Shown: positions 47,030-55,672 of the stretch, piece by piece
How the letters are laid out: every line of letters begins with the position of its first letter
How positions within the stretch are numbered: the stretch's first letter is position 1
NCBI GenBank assembly: GCA_945861535.1
Contig: CAMAUZ010000013.1
Span: 37,944 to 101,943, forward strand
Reading direction: 5' to 3'
DNA from: Akkermansia muciniphila
GTDB taxonomy: Bacteria; Verrucomicrobiota; Verrucomicrobiia; Limisphaerales; BJHT01
DNA length: 64,000 nucleotides
The notes under the pieces: model-generated
Told to the model about the DNA's origin: nothing
Database searches by the model: none
The model's input: only the letters and a program-made list of their open reading frames with translations
Translations under genes and position numbers: made by a program

Positions 47030-47929
47030 ATGGCTGAAGAACCGAAGAAATCCAAAGGCATCGAGTCCAGCCTCATCGCTGGCGGCATCATCGTGCTCCT
47101 GGCCGTGAGCGGCTACTTCGTGGGCCTGCGGCAGACAAACTCTGCAATCGCGATGACGCGCGCCGTGGCCGTGGTGAAAGCGGACACGCACCGCGATCTC
47201 ACCGGTGCAAAGGACGCGCCCGTTGCGGTGCGCTACATCGATCAGGACTGGTCGCAGAACGGCCCGAACGCAAAGTGGCGAAACTCGCTCGTGGATTTCC
47301 AGCAACCCGCGGGCGTCGCGCCCGGCGCGAACCAGCCGGTCTCCGTGGAGGTGAAGCTGGCGGCATTGAGCGCGCGCGGGAGCCGCCGCGCCTACGACGG
47401 AGCACCGCCGACGGTGCCGCATCCCATCACGCAGGATTCCTCGGCAGCATGCCTCGCGTGTCATGGTCAGGGCTTGCAAGTGAAGGATCGATTTGCCTCG
47501 AAGATCAGCCATCCCAACTACGGGGGAAGCTGCACGCAATGCCATGTATCGTCGCGCGGAGCATTCAGCGCGGCGGATGCGGCTGGGTTTTCCGCCATGC
47601 TCACGGAGAATACGTTTCAGGGCACCGAAGCGCCGCCGAACGGGCCGCGCGCGTGGCCCGGCGCGCCGCCGACCATTCCGCATCGCACGCTGATGCGGAG
47701 CGATTGCATGAGCTGTCACGGTCCGAAGGGGCTCTTTGCATTGCGCACGCCGCACCCCGAGCGGCAGAGCTGCACACAGTGCCACGTGCCCGCCGCCACG
47801 AACGACCAGCGGCAGTTCATTCCCGCGCCGCCGCTGGATGCGGCTGTGGTAACCGCTCCCGCCCCCACTCCAAAACCTGCGCCTGCACCGAAACCAGCAC
47901 CAGCACCGGAGGTCCCGGCAAACCAATGA
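47030..47929 (+). CDS. napB: NapB-like c-type cytochrome, tandem-duplicated (4 CxxCH), N-terminal membrane anchor, Pro/Ala-rich tail
   Basis: Two modules: GAPPTVPHPI...CLACHG...CTQCHV and GAPPTIPHRT...CMSCHG...CTQCHV. TM segment LIAGGIIVLLAVSGYFVG. Tail TPKPAPAPKPAPAPEVP. Confidence 0.7.
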   Translation: MAEEPKKSKGIESSLIAGGIIVLLAVSGYFVGLRQTNSAIAMTRAVAVVKADTHRDLTGAKDAPVAVRYIDQDWSQNGPNAKWRNSLVDFQQPAGVAPGANQPVSVEVKLAALSARGSRRAYDGAPPTVPHPITQDSSAACLACHGQGLQVKDRFASKISHPNYGGSCTQCHVSSRGAFSAADAAGFSAMLTENTFQGTEAPPNGPRAWPGAPPTIPHRTLMRSDCMSCHGPKGLFALRTPHPERQSCTQCHVPAATNDQRQFIPAPPLDAAVVTAPAPTPKPAPAPKPAPAPEVPANQ

Positions 47930-48270
47930 GCGACGCACTATCCAGACGCGGATTTTTCGCAGCGTTTAGCACGCCGTTTGCGCGCAAGGTCGAGGCCGTT
48001 CCTCAGCCCGTCGCGCGTCCTGCCGCGGGATCAGCCGAGGCAAAGGTCGCGGTCGTGCAGGGCCGGTTTTGCCTCGCGCTCACGTCGTTTTGCTCCGTCT
48101 GCATCGAGCGCTGCCCGGTGCCCGGTGCGATGAAAAAGGAACGCGGCGTGCCCATGGTCGTCGCCGACGTCTGCACCGGCTGCGGCGTCTGCCGCGAGGT
48201 CTGCCCGGCACCGCGCAACGCCGTGCTCATGCTGCCCCGACGCCCTTCCACCCGCCGGCATTCCGTATGA
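47926..48270 (+). CDS. NapF-like 4Fe-4S ferredoxin-type protein with RR N-terminus
   Basis: ATGA overlap with the napB stop. SRRGFFAAF N-terminus. CSVCIERCP and CTGCGVCREVCP cluster motifs. 114 aa. Confidence 0.6.
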   Translation: MSDALSRRGFFAAFSTPFARKVEAVPQPVARPAAGSAEAKVAVVQGRFCLALTSFCSVCIERCPVPGAMKKERGVPMVVADVCTGCGVCREVCPAPRNAVLMLPRRPSTRRHSV

Positions 48271-48602
48271 ACGACTCCACTCAAAACTCCACGCCGCCAC
48301 CGCTGCCGGAATTGCGCCAGGCCACGTTCGACGCCGCCGAACTGGAGACGCTGCTGCGCGACATCGGCGCGTGCGCGCAGATCACCGAGGTCATCCCGAA
48401 ATACTCCGCCACCGGTCACGTGCCGGAGAACGCGACGCTCACGCTCGAAGACGGACGCCGCCTGCTGCTCGATGGCGGCGCGCGGGCCGTGCAGTTTCGC
48501 TACCGCTACCAGGATGCCGACTGGTGGGACACCGTCATGGCGCTTCCCGGCGGCCAGTTTCGCCTCGTCCGCATCCAGCACCAATTTGATTCCGCCGCAT
48601 GA
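48267..48602 (+). CDS. Hypothetical 111-aa protein inside the nap operon (no signal peptide, no recognisable motif)
   Basis: ATGA overlaps at both ends (48267-48270 and 48599-48602). The composition is not shadow-ORF-like. Confidence 0.55.
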   Translation: MNDSTQNSTPPPLPELRQATFDAAELETLLRDIGACAQITEVIPKYSATGHVPENATLTLEDGRRLLLDGGARAVQFRYRYQDADWWDTVMALPGGQFRLVRIQHQFDSAA

Positions 48603-49249
48603 GCCGACTGCTGAAAAAACATCCCGGCCTCGCATGGATCGCCCTCGTCGTATTCACCAGCGTGTGCAGCCTCGCCGTCCTCTGGGCGCAAAAGAACCGC
48701 TCCACAACGGCGGTGGCGCCAGCCGTGAAAAGCGAGGCAAAGCCGGATCTACATCCCGTGACCATCAAGCCCGGCCCGCCGACGCCGCGGCTCGATACCG
48801 GGCTCAAGGATCCCCACGGCAAGCCCATCACCGTCGCGTGCAGCACCTGTCACAGCACCACCACACCGAACGCCGATCGCAAAACTGCGCACGACCTCGT
48901 CCAAGCTCACCGCGGCCTCAGCTACGCCCACGGCAACCTCACCTGCCTGAGCTGCCACAACGCGAAAGACTACGACACGCTGCATCTCGCCGACGGCCGC
49001 AGCGTCGCATTCCCCGACGTGATGACCCTCTGCGCGCAATGCCACGGCACCGCCATGCGCGACTACACGCACGGCAGCCACGGCGGCATGACCGGCCACT
49101 GGGACCTCACCCGCGGGCCGCGCGTAAAAAACAACTGCGTCAACTGCCACGACCCGCACCATCCGAAATTCCCGCTTGTGAAACCCGTGCTCCCGCCGCG
49201 CGACCGCATCTCCGTTCCGAAGGAACCCGCCGGCAACGACAAACACTGA
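48599..49249 (+). CDS. Membrane-anchored tetraheme c-type cytochrome (cytochrome c3/ActA/NrfB-like, not NirT/NapC-like)
   Basis: N-terminal TM helix LAWIALVVFTSVCSLAVLW. Four CxxCH motifs (CSTCH, CLSCH, CAQCH, CVNCH). Confidence 0.75.
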   Translation: MSRLLKKHPGLAWIALVVFTSVCSLAVLWAQKNRSTTAVAPAVKSEAKPDLHPVTIKPGPPTPRLDTGLKDPHGKPITVACSTCHSTTTPNADRKTAHDLVQAHRGLSYAHGNLTCLSCHNAKDYDTLHLADGRSVAFPDVMTLCAQCHGTAMRDYTHGSHGGMTGHWDLTRGPRVKNNCVNCHDPHHPKFPLVKPVLPPRDRISVPKEPAGNDKH

Positions 49250-49262
49250 CCCCCACCGCATC

Positions 49263-50252
49263 ATGCCCGATCCAGCCTCCGAAAAACCAAAGACGCCCTG
49301 CTCCGGCAATTGCTCCTGCGCCGGCGGAAACACCACGCCGCCCGCATCCGCCAATGGCACCACCCGGCGCGCGGTGCTCAAGGGCATCGGCGCCACGCTC
49401 GGCATCGCCGCGTATGCAAAGGCGCTTGCCCCGCTCACCGAACTGACGAAGCAGACCTCGATGGATGAGTTCCTGCAAAAGCACTACAAGGAACTCTCGA
49501 AGGACGAAATCGCCACCGTCCTCAAGCGCCTCACCCGCGAGACCAAGGAGCAATACGGCGCCGACGTCACCATCAACGACCCGAAGCCCATCGACGGCGT
49601 GAAATTTGGCTACGCGCTGAACCTCTCCATCTGCAACGGCTGCCGCAAATGCGCCGAAGCCTGCCACATCGAGAACAATCACGACCGCCCTTCGCACCAG
49701 AGCTACATCCGCGTCTTCGAGATGACCAAGGGTTCCATGGATTTCGAGAAGGCCAACGCGCACTACGACCACCCCGTCCCGCAGCCCGACAAATACTACA
49801 TGCCCGTGCAGTGCCAGCAGTGCGAACACCCGCCGTGCGTGGACGTATGCCCCGTCGAGGCCACGTGGAAGGAAAAGGACGGCATCGTCGTCGTGGACTA
49901 CAACTGGTGCATCGGCTGCCGCTACTGCGAGGCCGCATGCCCGTATCACGCCCGCCGCTTCAACTGGCAGAAGCCGCAGATTCCCGCCGCCGAAATCAAC
50001 CCGGTCCAAAGCTACCTCAGCAACCGTATCCGTCCGCAGGGCGTCATGGAAAAATGCACCTTCTGCCTGCACCGCACGCGCAACGGCCGCCTTCCCGCCT
50101 GCCTCGAAGCCTGCCCCACCGGCGCGCGTGTCTTCGGAGATCTCAACGACCCGAATTCGGAAATCCGTTGGGTGCTCGAAAACAAGCGCGTCTTCGTCCT
50201 CAAGGAGGAACTCGGCCTGAAACCGCAATTCTTCTATTTCTTCGATGAGTAA
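49263..50252 (+). CDS. Tat-exported 4Fe-4S cluster protein, NrfC/PsrB/DmsB family
   Basis: TRRAVLKGIGATLGIAAYA Tat motif. Cluster motifs CNGCRKCAEAC, CQQCEHPPCVDVCP, CIGCRYCEAACP and CTFC...ACLEACP. Confidence 0.85.
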   Translation: MPDPASEKPKTPCSGNCSCAGGNTTPPASANGTTRRAVLKGIGATLGIAAYAKALAPLTELTKQTSMDEFLQKHYKELSKDEIATVLKRLTRETKEQYGADVTINDPKPIDGVKFGYALNLSICNGCRKCAEACHIENNHDRPSHQSYIRVFEMTKGSMDFEKANAHYDHPVPQPDKYYMPVQCQQCEHPPCVDVCPVEATWKEKDGIVVVDYNWCIGCRYCEAACPYHARRFNWQKPQIPAAEINPVQSYLSNRIRPQGVMEKCTFCLHRTRNGRLPACLEACPTGARVFGDLNDPNSEIRWVLENKRVFVLKEELGLKPQFFYFFDE

Positions 50253-51576
50253 TCCCGCCGCCGCGCCCGAAATTCCAGCCGTCGGAAAGCCAGTCCCCGA
50301 GTGGCGACAATACATCCGCTTTGGCTGGAACGCCGTCAGCCAGTCCTTCGAGGGCGGCTGGAAATTCTACGTCTGGATGATCCTGCTCACCGCGATCTTC
50401 CTCGTCGGCGCCAACGCCTGGGCCATCCAGGTACGTGACGGCATGGCCGCCACCGCGATGAGCGACCACGTCTCGTGGGGCCTCTACATTGCAAACTTCA
50501 CCTTCCTCGTCGGCCTTGCCGCCGGCGGCGTGATGATGGTCATCCCCGCCTACCTTTACCACGACGAGGAGATGCACGACATCGTGATCGTGGGCGAACT
50601 GCTCGCCATCGCGTCCATCATCATGTCCATCATGTTTGTCGTGTGCGACCTCGGCCGGCCCGACCGCTTCTGGCACATGATTCCGGGGCTCGGGAAATTC
50701 AACTTCCCCGTCTCCATGCTCACGTGGGATGTCATCGTGCTGAACGGCTACCTGCTCATCAACGTGCACATCTGCGGCTACCTCCTCTACAAGCGCTTCC
50801 GCGCGCAAAAGCCCGTCGCGAAAATGTATGTGCCCGCCGTGCTGCTCAGCATCGTCTGGGCCATCAGCATCCACACCGTCACCGCATTTCTCTACTGCGG
50901 CCTCGGCGGACGCCCCTTTTGGAATACCGCGCTGCTCGCTCCGCGCTTCCTCGCCAGCGCATTCGTCAGCGGCCCCGCATTTCTCATCGTCGCCATCCAG
51001 ATCATTCGCCGGCAGACGGGACGGATGTTCGGCGAGGGAGCCATCCGCACGCTGGTGGGCATCATTCGCATCACCATCCTCATCAGCCTGCTCATGGTCG
51101 TGTCGGAAGTCTTCGTCGAGTTCTACACCGGCGGCAGCCACACCGGCGCGGCGAAGTATCTCTACTTCGGCCTGCACGGGCACCACGAACTCGTCCCGTG
51201 GATCTGGAGTTCCGTCGCCGCGACGGTCATCGCCGTGATCCTCTTCATGCAGCCGCAGGTGAACCGCCGCCCGTTCATCCTCAACACCGCCTGCCTCCTC
51301 GCCTTTGCCGGCCTGTGGATCGAGAAGGGAATGGGAATGATCATCCCCGCCTTCGTTCCCAGCACGCTCCACGAAATCGTCGAATACCGCCCGAGCCTCA
51401 CCGAATGGAAAATCACCGCCGGCATCTGGGCGCTCGGCCTCATGATCTACACGCTCCTCATCAAGATCACGATCAACGTCCACAGCCGCAAACTCCGCGA
51501 CGCCAGCGGCGCAAGAACCGTGACGCCCGACGACGCGATGGCGATGAGGGAAGACAGCGCAAGTTCGGTCATCTGA
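50245..51576 (+). CDS. NrfD/PsrC-family integral membrane quinol-interacting subunit
   Basis: 8-nt overlap with the upstream gene (ATGAGTAA). Multiple TM helices throughout, with polysulfide-reductase NrfD-like organisation. Confidence 0.8.
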   Translation: MSNPAAAPEIPAVGKPVPEWRQYIRFGWNAVSQSFEGGWKFYVWMILLTAIFLVGANAWAIQVRDGMAATAMSDHVSWGLYIANFTFLVGLAAGGVMMVIPAYLYHDEEMHDIVIVGELLAIASIIMSIMFVVCDLGRPDRFWHMIPGLGKFNFPVSMLTWDVIVLNGYLLINVHICGYLLYKRFRAQKPVAKMYVPAVLLSIVWAISIHTVTAFLYCGLGGRPFWNTALLAPRFLASAFVSGPAFLIVAIQIIRRQTGRMFGEGAIRTLVGIIRITILISLLMVVSEVFVEFYTGGSHTGAAKYLYFGLHGHHELVPWIWSSVAATVIAVILFMQPQVNRRPFILNTACLLAFAGLWIEKGMGMIIPAFVPSTLHEIVEYRPSLTEWKITAGIWALGLMIYTLLIKITINVHSRKLRDASGARTVTPDDAMAMREDSASSVI

Positions 51577-51878
51577 CGCGCCGCGCCCGTGCTAGGACGA
51601 AGGAGTCAGAAAGCCCTCGCAACCGCCGGCAGCCGTGTGGGCGTGATTTCACAGAGGCACCGTCCGGCGACTTTTTCGCAGGCCCTGCGCCAAGCCCGCT
51701 CTTGGAAATTCCCCGTTGCCAGTGGCGCCTTGCAAAAGCGGATACACCGCCCTGCCCGCCGCCAAGCCACCCCGCGCACGGCCAAGATTCCTGCATGAAT
51801 TTACGTCGCACGCCGGTGGATTTTCTGCGGGCGACATTGCCTCGGCATCCCACGCCATCCCGACTATCCCACCACCCG

Positions 51879-52355
51879 ATGAAACGCCTCCTGTTTCTCC
51901 GGCCGTTTCTCGTCCTCTCCGCGCACACGGCACCGGTCCCACTTTTCGACGGCGAGTCGCTCGATGGCTGGGACTGCGATCCGACCAACTGCCGCGCGGA
52001 GGAGGGCATGATCACCGGCGGCTCCACGACCGGGAAGCTCAAGGCGAACTACCTCATCTGCACGACGAAGCGGCATCAGAACTTTGAGCTGAAACTGAAG
52101 CGTAAGTGCAGCGGCGATCCCAAAACGGGCCTCGTCAACAGCGGCATGCAGATCCGCAGCGAGCGTGTGCCGGGGCGAGCGCACACGGCGGGGTACCAGG
52201 CGGATTGAGGGGCTGGTTACTTCGATGAGATTTGGGATGAATCACGGCGCTCGGCCAAGATCGCGCTCCTCGTGGACGCCGCGGATTTGGGGCAAGCGGT
52301 CGATGTCGTGGGCTGGAAAGACGTCCTCCTCAGCCATGAGGCCCACGATATCTAA
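51879..52355 (+). pseudogene. DUF1080 (3-keto-disaccharide hydrolase-like) gene remnant with an in-frame TGA
   Basis: MKRLLFLRPFLVLSAHTAPVPLFDGESLDGW...NSGMQIRS...GYQAD, then TGA (52206-52208), then GAGYFDEIWDESRRS in the same frame. Truncated by TAA at 52353. Confidence 0.6.
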
Positions 52356-52367
52356 AGCGGCTACCCC

Positions 52368-52697
52368 ATGAGCACCCTGCGCGAGCGCCGCTCCAAGCTC
52401 ATCTGGAACATGACCTGGAAAGCCGAATACTCCGTGCCTGTCGATACCCTCAACCGCCATCTCTGGAAAACCATCCGTGAGAACAATGCCACCCACATCG
52501 GCCCCTGCACCGTCGAGTCCTGCCTCAACCATCCCAAGTCCGAACTCTACGACCTTGAAACGGATCCCTGAAAACTCAAAAATCCGGCCCACGACCCCGC
52601 CTATGCCAAGCGCCTCAAAACCATGACCGCAAAGCTCCTTCAGCGTCTCGAAGAGACCGAAGCCCCCTGGCTCAAGAAATACCAACCCACCGGGTAA
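52368..52697 (+). pseudogene. Relic C-terminal tail of a sulfatase, with an in-frame TGA at 52569
   Basis: ...KSELYDLETDP(TGA)KLKNPAHDPAYAKRLKTMTAKLLQRLEETEAPW is the typical sulfatase C-terminal 'LYDL..DP.E..N.A.DP' region. No catalytic domain. Confidence 0.55.
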
Positions 52698-52812
52698 ACT
52701 GTCCGCAACATGCTCTGACGAATCTTGCGCAACTTTTCGGCCATGCCCTGCCGACGGAACCGCCGGGAACTCCACCGGTAGCGTAAGCGAAGCGCACGCC
52801 CCTTGAAAAAAG

Positions 52813-54171
52813 ATGAAATCCACATCCTTCCTCCTCGCCCTCCGTACGGCGCTAGTCAGCCTGTCTGGTCTTTCAAATGCCGCCGAAGCTGCCACGCCCA
52901 ACGTCATCGTCATCCTCGCCGACGACCTCGGCTACGAATGCATCGGGGCCAACGGCGGCAAGTCCTACCAGACGCCGCACCTGGACCGCATTGCGCGCAC
53001 GGGTGTGCGCTTCGAGCAGTGCTATGCGCAGCCAAACTGCACGCCGACGCGCGTGCAAATGATGACCGGCATGTCGAACGTGCGGAACTATGTGGACTTC
53101 GGCTCGCTTGAGAAATCGCAGACGACCTTTGGCCATTTGTTCCGCGATGCCGGCTACGCCACCTGCATCGCCGGCAAGTGGCAGCTCGGTTCCAAGGACG
53201 CCACGTTGCCCCGGCACTTCGGCTTCGATGAGCACTGCCTGTGGTCGCTGCTCGGACGCGGCGAGCGCTACGCCGATCCCAGCCTCTCGGTGAATGGCGA
53301 GTTCAAAACCTTCGCCGGAAAATACGGGCCGGACGTGTGCCAGGAGTTCGTCGTCGATTTCATCCGCCGCAATCGCAGCAAGCCGTTCCTCATCTATTAC
53401 CCGATGATCCTCACGCACGGTCACTACGAGGCGACGCCGGACAGCAAGGACTACGGCCAGCCGACCGCGAGGGCGAAGGCGTCCAATCAGCAACACTTCG
53501 CCGACATGGTGGCCTACATGGACAAGCAGATCGGCGGCTTGCAGAAGGAACTCGAATCCCTCGGCCTGAGCGACAACACGCTCCTCCTCTTCACCGGCGA
53601 CAACGGCACGGGCCGCGGTGCGACCTCGAAGCTGGAGGACGGCAGCGAGCAAGACGGGGAAAAGGGCAGCACCACCCGCGGCGGCATGCATGTGCCCCTC
53701 ATCGCGAGCTGGCCCGGCAAAATGAAGCCCGGCACCGTCTGCCCCGACCTCGTGGACATGACCGATTTCCTGCCCACGATCAGCGAAGCCGCGGGCGTGG
53801 CCGTGCCGAACGCGCTGCCCATCGACGGCCGCAGTTTCCTCCCGCAAGTGCGCGGCGAGAAGGGCCAGCCTCGTGATTGGATCTACAGCTACTGGGTGCC
53901 GCTGCGCGCGTCGCAAACCGGGAATGTCGGCAGTCGCGGCGCGGTGGAACAGGCGTTTGATCGTCACTTCAAGCTCTACAGCACCGGCAAGTTTTTCGAC
54001 CTCGACCGCGACGTGGAGGAGAAATCGCCGCGGCGAGTTGCAGACTTGCAAGGCGAAGCAGCGGCCGCCGCGCGCAAACTCCAGGCGGCGCTCGACCAAT
54101 TCAAAGATGCCCGGCCCGCCAGTCTGAGTCCGCCGGTTGTGCCCGGTGAAAAGAAAAGAAAGAACAAGTGA
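52813..54171 (+). CDS. Sulfatase (arylsulfatase A family)
   Basis: Signal peptide. NVIVILADDLGYE, CTPTRVQMMTG (CxPxR) and LLFTGDNG motifs. Confidence 0.85.
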   Translation: MKSTSFLLALRTALVSLSGLSNAAEAATPNVIVILADDLGYECIGANGGKSYQTPHLDRIARTGVRFEQCYAQPNCTPTRVQMMTGMSNVRNYVDFGSLEKSQTTFGHLFRDAGYATCIAGKWQLGSKDATLPRHFGFDEHCLWSLLGRGERYADPSLSVNGEFKTFAGKYGPDVCQEFVVDFIRRNRSKPFLIYYPMILTHGHYEATPDSKDYGQPTARAKASNQQHFADMVAYMDKQIGGLQKELESLGLSDNTLLLFTGDNGTGRGATSKLEDGSEQDGEKGSTTRGGMHVPLIASWPGKMKPGTVCPDLVDMTDFLPTISEAAGVAVPNALPIDGRSFLPQVRGEKGQPRDWIYSYWVPLRASQTGNVGSRGAVEQAFDRHFKLYSTGKFFDLDRDVEEKSPRRVADLQGEAAAAARKLQAALDQFKDARPASLSPPVVPGEKKRKNK

Positions 54172-54211
54172 CCGCAAACTCGGAAAACTAAATTGCCCCT
54201 GCAATAACCCC

Positions 54212-55657
54212 ATGAAATCCACACTCACCCCCTCTTACCGTCTCCTCTTTATCTTCGCCGTCGCGCTGTGCGGCGTCAGCCTCCACGTCCACGCCGCCAA
54301 GAAGCCCAACGTCCTGTTCCTCTTCGCTGATGACCAGTGTTTCGAGACCATCCGCGCGCTCGGTCACACCGACATCGACACGCCCAATCTCGACCGGCTC
54401 GTCGGGCGCGGCACCACGTTCACGCGCGCTTACAACATGGGGTCGTGGAGCGGCGCGGTGTGCGTCGCCAGTCGCACGATGCTCATCACCGGCCGCAGCG
54501 TGTGGAACGCGGAGTCCATTTACAAAGCGACCGACAAGGAACGCCAGGCCGGTGTGCTCTGGCCGCAGTTGATGAGCCAGGCCGGCTACCGCACCTATTT
54601 CACCGGCAAGTGGCACATCCAGACCGACGCCGCGAAGTGCTTCGATGTCGCGCGCCACATCCGCGCCGGCATGCCCAAGGACACGCCCAGCAGTTACAAT
54701 CGTCCGCCCGCGACCGGCGCGGACACCTGGAGTCCCTACGACACTTCGCTCGGCGGCTTCTGGGAAGGCGGCAAACACTGGAGCGAAGTGGCCGCGGACG
54801 ATGCCGTGGATTTTCTCGGCGAGGCGAAACAGCAGGCGAAACCGTTCTTCATGTATATCGCCTTCAACGCGCCGCACGACCCGCGGCAGTCGCCCAAGGA
54901 ATACGTGGACAAGTATCCGCTCAGCCGCATCGCAGTGCCGAAAAGTTTCCTTCCCGAATATCCGCACAAGGAAGCCATCGGCTGCAGCCCCTCGCTGCGC
55001 GATGAGAAGCTCGGGCCGTTCCCGCGCACGGAACAGGCCGTGAAAGTTCACCGGCAGGAATACTACGCGCTCATCACGCATCTCGATGCGCAGATCGGCC
55101 GCATCCTCGACGCGCTCGACCGGTCCGGGCAGGCGGACAACACCTGGATTTTCTTCACCGCCGACCACGGGCTCGCCCTCGGCCATCACGGTCTGTTCGG
55201 CAAACAGAACATGTATGACCACAGCGTGCGCGTGCCCTTCGTCGTGGCCGGGCCCGGCGTGGCGAAGAACCGCCGGCACGACGCCGCGATTTATTTGCAG
55301 GACGCGATGGCCACCGCGCTCGACCTCGCCGCAGCGCCGAAGCCCGCGCACGTTTTCTTCCACAGCCTGCGTCCGTTGCTCGACGGCAAGCAGAGGCAGT
55401 CGAGCTACGAGTCGGTTTACGGCGGCTACCTTCAACTCCAGCGCGCCATCACGCACGACGGCTGGAAGCTCATCGCCTATCCGAAAGCGGGCGTCGTCCG
55501 CCTGTATCACCTCGCGAAGGACCCGTTGGAGATGACCGACCTCGCCGCCGATCCGAAGCACGCGCAGCAGAAACGTGAACTCTTCACCCGCCTCGTCGCC
55601 TTGCAGAAAAGTCTCGCCGACAAGGTGGACTTGGCCGCCGTTTTCCCCAAACTCTGA
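54212..55657 (+). CDS. Sulfatase (CxAxR-variant signature)
   Basis: Signal peptide MKSTLTPSYRLLFIFAVALCGVSLHVHA. NVLFLFADDQ, CVASRTMLITG and FFTADHG motifs. ATG 54212 lies after the upstream stop. Confidence 0.8.
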   Translation: MKSTLTPSYRLLFIFAVALCGVSLHVHAAKKPNVLFLFADDQCFETIRALGHTDIDTPNLDRLVGRGTTFTRAYNMGSWSGAVCVASRTMLITGRSVWNAESIYKATDKERQAGVLWPQLMSQAGYRTYFTGKWHIQTDAAKCFDVARHIRAGMPKDTPSSYNRPPATGADTWSPYDTSLGGFWEGGKHWSEVAADDAVDFLGEAKQQAKPFFMYIAFNAPHDPRQSPKEYVDKYPLSRIAVPKSFLPEYPHKEAIGCSPSLRDEKLGPFPRTEQAVKVHRQEYYALITHLDAQIGRILDALDRSGQADNTWIFFTADHGLALGHHGLFGKQNMYDHSVRVPFVVAGPGVAKNRRHDAAIYLQDAMATALDLAAAPKPAHVFFHSLRPLLDGKQRQSSYESVYGGYLQLQRAITHDGWKLIAYPKAGVVRLYHLAKDPLEMTDLAADPKHAQQKRELFTRLVALQKSLADKVDLAAVFPKL

Positions 55658-55672
55658 CCGCTCCGCCCAACG

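Noticed and set aside
44603-47938. 1,111-aa ORF on the minus strand, the longest ORF in the track
   Set aside because: It lies exactly antisense to napA/napB. Its translation is Arg/Gly/Ala/His-rich with no motifs, while the + strand encodes textbook NapA. It is a typical shadow ORF of high-GC DNA.
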